A DNA stretch of 56,260 bases from a virus (Duplodnaviria; Caudoviricetes). Under the pieces are notes generated by a model, which was not told where the DNA came from, made no database searches, and was given only the letters and a program-made list of their open reading frames with translations. The stretch covers positions 1 through 56,260 of the IMG/VR virus record IMGVR_UViG_3300042564_007410, one strand, 5' to 3'. Positions 53,686 through 56,260 of the stretch are shown here, in pieces (within the stretch, counting starts at the first letter, position 1; each line of letters opens with the position of its first letter). The translations under genes and the position numbers were made by a program.

Positions 53686-53714
53686 AAAAAAGAGGACTCT
53701 TTCGAATCCTCTTT
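53686..53714 (-). terminator. Intrinsic terminator after the capsid gene
   Basis: AAAGAGGA / TCCTCTTT hairpin with A run on +. Confidence 0.7.
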
Positions 53715-53735
53715 AATTTATCTAAGCTTTATAGA

Positions 53736-55412
53736 TTAACCGACTGGGTTTAATGCAATAGAACCTGTAAGAACTCCAATAGCTTCTGCCTCGATATCCA
53801 TACTAATGTATTGTGTTTCAGGATGCCATCCAGCTTCAGTAATCGCGTATCTTGATTTCATACCGATTTTTGGAGAGAATGTACCTTCAGAGATAGTCTG
53901 AAGAGATTCAGCCATGATGTATGGCATAAATTTAACACCTGGTTCTTCGTCAGCTCCTTTACGTCCAATAACAAGTCTTGGATCTCCCCAAGACATGTTA
54001 GGGTCAACATAAACTTGTACACCGTAAACTTTACCAGCTGGGTAAAGATTACCTGCAACTCCACCCATATCAGTTGGAACTTGTGCAATTGAGTAACCAG
54101 CAACGTCAGCTAATGCAGAAGCAATACGACCATTTGTTACCATGAAAGTACCAGCTCCAAAACGACCTCTATGGTAGATTAAGTTAGCAAGTTCAAGAAC
54201 TTTAGTAACTAATCTTCTTTGTAAAGTAGAAGTATTATCAAATCCACCAGCTTGTAAGTTAAGACTAGTGATACCTGTACCTTCAACTAGGTCAAGCTCA
54301 GCAGAGTGAACGTCAGATAATTGTAATACTCTGTCAACTAATCTTTTGTTGATTGATTGAGCTAAGTCATTAACTGCTACGTTTTCCAACATAGAGATAA
54401 CATCATAATTCCAAACTCTATTTAAGTCTTGGATTTGCTCAACTGTTGCAGAAATTGATACTTGATCAGTTTCAGCTTCAACAAATTTAGTGAACATTCT
54501 TAATCCCATTTGACGGAATCTAGAGTTTTCACCAGCTTCTCTCTTCATTGATCCTGGTACTTGTCCTGTAGAAGGAAGGTATGAACCAGACCAGTGTGGA
54601 TTATTGTTTGTGTTTGGAGCAGAATCATCATATTTGTCATCAGATACTGATGTAAAACCAGAAATATGGTTTTCTAATGCAGAAACTAGAGAAACTCCAG
54701 TACATGCTGCTGCACCTACAAGAGAGTTACCGTCAATTGTAATTGCAGAACCTACATATTCAGATGCAGGAGTAGTAGCACCATTAGTTGAAGCATCATT
54801 AATAATTTTAATGATAATTGTACCATCTACACGTGAATAACCAACAAATGTTGCTGTGAAATCACCAAGTGCAACTGCTACAGTATCGCCAGGAGTAAGA
54901 GTAGCACCATAACTATCTGCAGTCAATCCTTCTAATTTAACCATATATGGGTCAAAGTTAGAACCATCAGTTCTACCACCAGCATATAAGTAATCCAAGT
55001 ATGGAAGGAATCCGACTGGAGAATCCATAGGGATAACTGGAACTAGGTCAAAACCAATAGTTTTTGCTGCTACTTGAATAGCAACTGGTAAAAGTGATGG
55101 AAATTTATCACCAGAACCATTAGAATCAGCTCCGAAAGAATTCTTAGCACCATTTGTGAATGGAGTTTGTTGGTAAGTTGGAGCTTGTGGATTTCCCATA
55201 AAACCACCAAGAGAACCTGGAGTTTGGAAAAATACACCTGGAGCAGAGTTTTCGAAAATTGGTGTTGTGTTATCAAAGATCGCGTGGTTGTGAGCGTACT
55301 CAGCTAACCATGGAGTTTTAGCAACATCTGCACCGTAACCTTCTAAAATAGGCTGCCATGTAGTAGCCAATCGGCTATCGCTTGAGCGTTTAAAAATTTT
55401 AGTACGTGCCAT
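53736..55412 (-). CDS. gp23: Major capsid protein, gp23-like
   Basis: WQPILE, DLVPVIPMDSP, EQIQDL, RGRFGAGTF, VYVDP, FMPY, FSPKIGMKSRYA. Confidence 0.92.
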   Translation of the reverse strand: MARTKIFKRSSDSRLATTWQPILEGYGADVAKTPWLAEYAHNHAIFDNTTPIFENSAPGVFFQTPGSLGGFMGNPQAPTYQQTPFTNGAKNSFGADSNGSGDKFPSLLPVAIQVAAKTIGFDLVPVIPMDSPVGFLPYLDYLYAGGRTDGSNFDPYMVKLEGLTADSYGATLTPGDTVAVALGDFTATFVGYSRVDGTIIIKIINDASTNGATTPASEYVGSAITIDGNSLVGAAACTGVSLVSALENHISGFTSVSDDKYDDSAPNTNNNPHWSGSYLPSTGQVPGSMKREAGENSRFRQMGLRMFTKFVEAETDQVSISATVEQIQDLNRVWNYDVISMLENVAVNDLAQSINKRLVDRVLQLSDVHSAELDLVEGTGITSLNLQAGGFDNTSTLQRRLVTKVLELANLIYHRGRFGAGTFMVTNGRIASALADVAGYSIAQVPTDMGGVAGNLYPAGKVYGVQVYVDPNMSWGDPRLVIGRKGADEEPGVKFMPYIMAESLQTISEGTFSPKIGMKSRYAITEAGWHPETQYISMDIEAEAIGVLTGSIALNPVG

Positions 55413-55441
55413 TTGTTAAAATGATTTTTTTTTAATTTTTG

Positions 55442-56260
55442 TTACAATCTAGAGTTTGCGCTTCTTAGCATAGTCTCTAAGTAACCTTGAGAGTAACCTC
55501 TCTGCATCTCAACAACCTGATTTACAGGTACTAGGCCTTCTGTACTTTGGCTTTCGTTGAGTTGTTGCATTTTTTTAGTGTTATATTTTTGAAATTCAAT
55601 TCTTTCATTGATTCCTCTCATATCTAAATCATCCCAAAATGCTTTAACTTGATATGGAGTATTTACTGTATACAATTGTGATTTTGCATGAATTCTACTT
55701 TTTTCAGCTTCATTCATTTCATTCCAAGTTGGTTTGTATTCAGCTGGCATAAATCTGATATATGTAGGAATATCTTGTTCTTTATGGTTTACTACTGCTT
55801 CCATGATTCCAACAATATCGTTTTCGTTAAACCATACTGAACCGTTAAGAGCTTCAACAATTGCTTGTTTAGTATTTGACTCTAATCCAAAGAAAGATTT
55901 TTTGTTAGCTTCTCCCATAACTTTTAAGAAAGGGTATTTGCTTTCAAGAACTGCTTTAGATGATTTATCATTTACTTCAGTAATTACTTGATCAACTTTA
56001 GAAATTAGGGTGTTAATTGAATTAGATTCATCCAATTTACCAACTGATCCTAAGATATTTCTTTTACCTACAGTTGTTCCACCTTCTAGTGATTCAGCAA
56101 TATATTCAGCATAACCAATTGTTTTACCAACAGTTTCAGCTAAATATTGAGAATAATCGCGATTTAAGTTAATGTTTTCAGAAAGATATTCTCCAAATTC
56201 AATTGAACGATTTGTTCCTTCTGCAACGTATTCAACGTATTGTAATCCTTTATCAAGTTC
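55442..56260 (-). CDS. Probable prohead scaffold/core protein, 5' end beyond the window
   Basis: Frame open to the right edge; 14-aa Y.EY.AE repeats; directly upstream of the capsid gene. Confidence 0.65.
   Translation of the reverse strand, partial: ELDKGLQYVEYVAEGTNRSIEFGEYLSENINLNRDYSQYLAETVGKTIGYAEYIAESLEGGTTVGKRNILGSVGKLDESNSINTLISKVDQVITEVNDKSSKAVLESKYPFLKVMGEANKKSFFGLESNTKQAIVEALNGSVWFNENDIVGIMEAVVNHKEQDIPTYIRFMPAEYKPTWNEMNEAEKSRIHAKSQLYTVNTPYQVKAFWDDLDMRGINERIEFQKYNTKKMQQLNESQSTEGLVPVNQVVEMQRGYSQGYLETMLRSANSRL

Overview
AT-rich segment of a large T4-like (myovirus-type) phage genome, standard genetic code. Starts mostly lack Shine-Dalgarno sites and there is a Bacteroidota-style Hc1 gene, so a Bacteroidota host is inferred but not shown. 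The + strand carries replication, repair and nucleotide genes: UvsE, GroEL/ES, S1-domain protein, NrdAB, gp32, RNase H, N-terminal half of PolB, UvsX, gp41, gp46/47, a TS-fold enzyme, dCMP deaminase, Nei and topoisomerase II. The - strand carries late and structural genes: gp55-like sigma, endolysin, tail sheath, tail tube, collagen fibre, major capsid and scaffold. The top finding is a fractured DinG/XPD-family helicase gene. A 54-aa ORF missing from the ORF track (43704-43868) holds the helicase N-terminus plus a 15-aa N-intein. A free-standing Vsr/DUF559-like endonuclease follows, then the C-intein fused to the rest of the helicase. Trans-splicing would rebuild the Walker A motif APTG|TGKS. 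Other leads: a PolB truncated in the fingers, a dCMP-type TS-fold enzyme suggesting modified cytosine, a NEIL1-like glycosylase, a candidate structured ncRNA after a coiled-coil gene, capsid-targeting-like leaders on many proteins, and two recurring promoter motifs. All family calls are from remembered motifs, with no database search.
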